The position numbers and the translations under genes are program-made. Positions 59,701-64,000 of a stretch of DNA of 64,000 bases are shown here, piece by piece. Numbering within the stretch: position 1 is the stretch's first letter; each line of letters begins with the position of its first letter. The notes below the pieces were generated by a model, which was given only the letters and a program-made list of their open reading frames with translations, searched no databases and was not told the origin of the DNA. Source of the stretch: Lepidodermella squamata (taxonomy: Eukaryota; Animalia; Gastrotricha); NCBI GenBank assembly GCA_047495785.1, contig JBLDXI010000042.1, positions 3,534,001 to 3,598,000 of the forward strand, given 5' to 3'.

Positions 59701-61062
59701 ATTATAGCAATCTCGCGCCGCACGTGAGCGCTTGCACATTTGAGTTCTAGCTTTTACCTCCATAAAACATAATATAAAAAGGGCGACAAATTGACGCGCA
59801 GTTGACAAAATAATATTTCTCTAGATGGGACATAATAAAATGCGGAAAATCTGACAACAAAGCCGCAATTGTGATGATGTTGAAAAACAAAATATTATCA
59901 CTATTTTAATCCGAGCTAAAATACAATTGAAGATGGAGTCACTCAGCGATTTTACGGCTTCATTCTTCAAGTGCATTTTTTTCCGGGGAAAACATAATAA
60001 TTATAATAAGCAAACACAAGGTAGGCGTAAGTAAATTTGGCCGAAAAATTCCTGATCTCGAAAACAATTTTTTCGCTGTTTTTTTAGCGAGTACTTGCCA
60101 TTATTTACTACTATTAAACAATAGGTACTTTAGCTCATCTATATACTAGATATTATATTGGATCGGAATGAGTGGTAATTTTGGCAAACACCATGTAAAG
60201 CCACTTTACATTGTCTCAAAAAGCCAGATAAACAACGAGAGATGCGATAACATGATGTAAAGGTTGGTTTTTCAAGGGCTTTACATCATGATGTTGTTTA
60301 GAAGTGAGATGATGATATCATTTACCGATAGCTAAATGATGATATTGTAAATAGCTTACCACAGCGCGGTTTTGCTTAACAAACCTGTTGATTTTGCGAT
60401 GGCTCGCGTGCTTTTCAGGTCGCGCAATGTCAAAAGAACAATGAAACGTATAATTCGCCTAGTCATAAAATTAGCTGACCTAAAATTCCAGCTTAAAATA
60501 TATTCTATAGGTAGCTATGAAAAGGTAATCGCAGGTTTCGATTCTGCAGTCGTATTTGTTTTGTAAATTTTCGCCTCTCGTCGAAGGAGAGGCCCAAGAA
60601 ATCGCCCGAAGGCTCATTGAATGTTCCCACGCACGGAAATCTTTAGTAAAAGGCGAAAGATTTGTACGTTTTGCGCGGAAACCAGAGTACTAATTTTTGT
60701 AAATTTCACGACCGCGTCTCACAGTCGCCATCCAAATGGTTACTGGATTGATTTGCATATTCACAAAACTTTGAAAACACGCTTTCATTTAGGTTTTAAT
60801 CAGGGTTTAATCAATGATCGAAAGAAAAGGGTTAACTTTGAGCCTTGAAAACATCTGAATTGGTGATCTTGGCGCCCCAATCTTCCTGTTACAGGTAGCT
60901 CTTAGGTATGGATAAGCCAGGTGAAATTCGGGTTTTGTCATTGTTGCGAAACAAAAATTACAAATGTACCTACACTTTTCCCTCAATCGGCATCAATAAA
61001 TGTACTAATATAATGAATGTAATCTTCAAGAGTCAATTTTAAATTAGGAAGGAAGGAAAGTG

Positions 61063-61109
61063 AAATAATAAATAATAATAAATAAAAATAAATAAAAATA
61101 AATAAAAAT
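61063..61109. repeat. AT-rich short tandem repeat (AATAAAAATA)n; gives T-runs downstream of tRNA-Glu
   Basis: Directly visible; on the minus strand it supplies Pol III terminator T-tracts. Confidence 0.7.
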
Positions 61110-61111
61110 TG

Positions 61112-61183
61112 TTCCCAGACCGGGAATCGAACCCGGGCCGCCGCGGTGAAAGCGCGGAATCCTAACCACTAGACCATCAGGGA
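61112..61183 (-). tRNA. tRNA-Glu(TTC)
   Basis: Reverse complement is TCCCTGATGGTCTAGTGGTTAGGATTCCGCGCTTTCACCGCGGCGGCCCGGGTTCGATTCCCGGTCTGGGAA. Anticodon arm CCGCG-CT-TTC-AC-CGCGG; one acceptor-stem mismatch. Confidence 0.92.
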
Positions 61184-61637
61184 TGATAAAAGATATGCGC
61201 GGTAATCATAACATACACATTCTGATGGGTTTTCGATGTTTTCTGTAAAAACTTGATAAAAAGACTGCTGAGACCAAATTTCGCAAAGAAATAATGTGAA
61301 CTTCCGTTCGCCGCGAGCAGGTAACGTCTTTTGTTTTATTCAGTTGCTAACGAACGATTCAATTCATATTTCGATCACAAATTTATTCCTGATGATGAAT
61401 TAGCTGAAAATGTTTCAACAAATCGAGACATTTTTTGCGTCAAAATGTTATTTGAACGAGTCCTACTTCTTCTTAGCCGCTATAAGCCGGATCCAATTAC
61501 GACGGGTTGACATGCATTAATTGCGCCATTTATATGATCCTGTTTAAAATCTCTTTTATTCGATTTATTGATGCTAAATCCAACACTTGATCCTGATTTT
61601 TCTGGGAATTAAATTGAACACTGTAGCAACAACTTGT

Positions 61638-61653
61638 GGCCCTGAAAAGGGCC
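61638..61653 (-). promoter_or_regulatory. Histone mRNA 3' stem-loop (SLBP site)
   Basis: GGCCCTTTTCAGGGCC followed by ACAA, about 47 nt after the H4 stop; matches the metazoan consensus. Confidence 0.93.
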
Positions 61654-61700
61654 GGTTAGTAGTCGAAAGCTGCTGGTGAGAGCTGTAGTCAGTTGACCGC

Positions 61701-62048
<348 letters not shown>

Positions 62049-62286
62049 TCAAATTAGCTACTAACAAAAATTGCGGTGCTTTTTTGTGCATTTTCTGGTT
62101 TTATTTAGCACTGGACCTCTTGACAGTCAAAATGTCGTACGGCCCATACGACACTGCATCAGAATTATCATCAATATTTCCAGAAAAACTACGCTATTAT
62201 CAGAATCACGGAGGAGAGAAATTATTTGAATCACCGGATAAAATAGAGAAATAAAATATATATATTTGATTGATTTTTCAGCTTTT

Positions 62287-64000
62287 TTAGCGCAGAATGA
62301 CGGATAGCGGGCCGTTTTTCGACGGCCACACAGCGTGCTGACCAGCCAGGTGCTTGATCACCTTCAAGTTCTTCGTTGCTCGTGCCAGGTAGCGCCGGCA
62401 GCGAAGGACGACGTGTCGGCAGAAGAGCCTCACACCGGCAAGCTGATGTAGCTCGCTAATGCGAGTATCGCGAGGCAGATGAAGCGCCGTCCGAAGAGCG
62501 GCGTTCTGGACAACTTGTAGATTCGCGACGCGGGACGGCTTGTTGAGACGGCCAACCCACGCCGGTGCGCCATATTCCATCACAGATCGGATCAGCTGCT
62601 TGTAGACTAGCAGTGCCGACCTGACGCTGAAGCCAAGACGTTTGCCAGCAACGAGGCGCAGGCCATTAAGGCGGCGCTTGCACTTGTCGGCAACCGTGCG
62701 GAAGTGCTCGCGGAACGAGAGCCGCGAGTCGAAAGTCACGCCTAGGTACTTCGTGCTGTCGACGACTTCGAGTTTGACGCCATCGACAAACAGCTCGACA
62801 TCTTTCGGCGAGTGCTTCTTGTTGTTACGTCGAAACAACATCGCCACACACTTCGTCGGGTTCAGAGGCAGCCGCCACATCCGGCTCCAGCGAGAGACCC
62901 GGTCGAGAGCGGCTTGCACCACCTTGGCCGCGGTTTTAACATCGCGGGCCGAGGCAGCCGTCATCGCATCGTCGGCAAACGACGCGTTCGTCGGGTTGTC
63001 AGTGTCGGCCAACAGGTTGGCCGTGAAAATGATGAATAAGACCGGTGAAAGCGAGCTGCCTTGCGGCACGCCAGCCTTAATTGCGAACAGTCGGCTGATT
63101 GCCTCGCCGACCCGTACGCAGAACTGCCGATCGCGGAGAAACGACGACAGCCAACGGACGAGGCCGACCGGAACCTTCTTTGGCGCCAGCTCGACTAGCT
63201 TCAGACGCAGCCCATCGTGCCACACGGCGTTGAATGCGCCCTTGAAATCGATGAAGGCCGCCACCGTTGCTCTTCGCCGTGTAAAACCGCGAGCGACCAA
63301 CTCCGACAGCCGAAACAGTGCGTCGTCGGTCGAGCGCAGCAAACGGAATCCGCTCTGGTGTTCGGGTAGAATTCCGGCTCGTTCTGCCATCTCGAGTAGC
63401 CGCCGTGCGAGAATCAACTCCAGCAGCTTTGCGATTGTAGGCAAGAGCGAGACCGGTCGATAACCGTCCGGTGTAGACAAATCCTTGCCCGCCCGAGGCA
63501 GCGGCACGATTACGGCGATTTTCCACCGCCGCGGGACGTAGCCAGTTGCCAAGGACAGGTTGAACAAGCAGCGCAGATGCCGGTGAAGCGTCGCGCCGCC
63601 CCGCTTGATTAGCAGATTGCTGATGTCGTCCAGACCCGGTGCTTTGAGTCGCAGCCCTCGAACGGCCCGTCGAAATTCGGACCGGCTGATGAGAAGCGAC
63701 CTATCGGCGTTGCGTCTCGCGTCGCCCACCGGGAGAGGGTTTAAAACATCACTACATTTTTCTGGAAAAGCGACACTGACCTGGTTATGAAGCGCGGCCC
63801 CCTCGGCACACTGGGGTGGCCGCGCATCGCCTTCGAATGAGCTGCACAGGTGCTGCCCAATTACGTCGGCTCGCTGTTCGTCGGTCGTCGCCATAGAACC
63901 ATCGGGCGCCTTGATCGGCTTGAACCGGGCCCTCGGGGTGTAGCCCTCGCCCGAGCTGACCTGCTGGTACTGCCGCCAGAAAGACCGCATGTTGATGTGG
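62287..64000 (-). mobile_element. Non-LTR retrotransposon (LINE, jockey/I-like) ORF2 reverse transcriptase, open frame, 5' part off-window
   Basis: KAPGLDDI; WKIAVIVPLPR.GK; YRPVSLL; QSGFR..RST; FIDFKGAFNAVWH; GVPQGSSLSPVLF; FADD; KYLGVTFD; LLVYKQLIRSVMEYG. Visibly GC-richer than the host sequence. Confidence 0.95.

Noticed and set aside
62642-63790. Long plus-strand ORFs opposite the reverse transcriptase
   Set aside because: Antisense shadows expected in GC-rich coding DNA; no motifs.

Overview
Genomic DNA from a compact-genome animal: spliceosomal introns mostly about 50-60 nt, short intergenic gaps, and a replication-dependent histone H4 with its 3' stem-loop. The left half holds two divergent runs of co-oriented genes. 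On the minus strand are CUL3, TTC36, LSG1 and two tandem orphan paralogs. On the plus strand are Rap2, ADHFE1, UXS1 and IGHMBP2. IGHMBP2 carries a complete antisense GABA-B-like class C GPCR gene in intron 1 and transposon debris in intron 2. From about 32 to 50 kb lies an accessory block. It contains a small caspase/CHAT-like His-Cys protease ORF, tRNA-Ile, a divergent Cys-loop channel, three intronless microbial-type CocE/NonD hydrolases flanking a cytosolic sulfotransferase, a 493-bp TIR/8-bp-TSD fold-back transposon, and four secreted-protein genes. Three of those four are an unrecognised prepro-protein family and the fourth is a (Gly-Lys-X)n protein. The right end has a cadherin gene with candidate alternative tails, tRNA-Glu, a lone H4, and a non-LTR retrotransposon whose 3' end abuts the H4 promoter. 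All calls are by eye; no searches were run, and exon boundaries are approximate.
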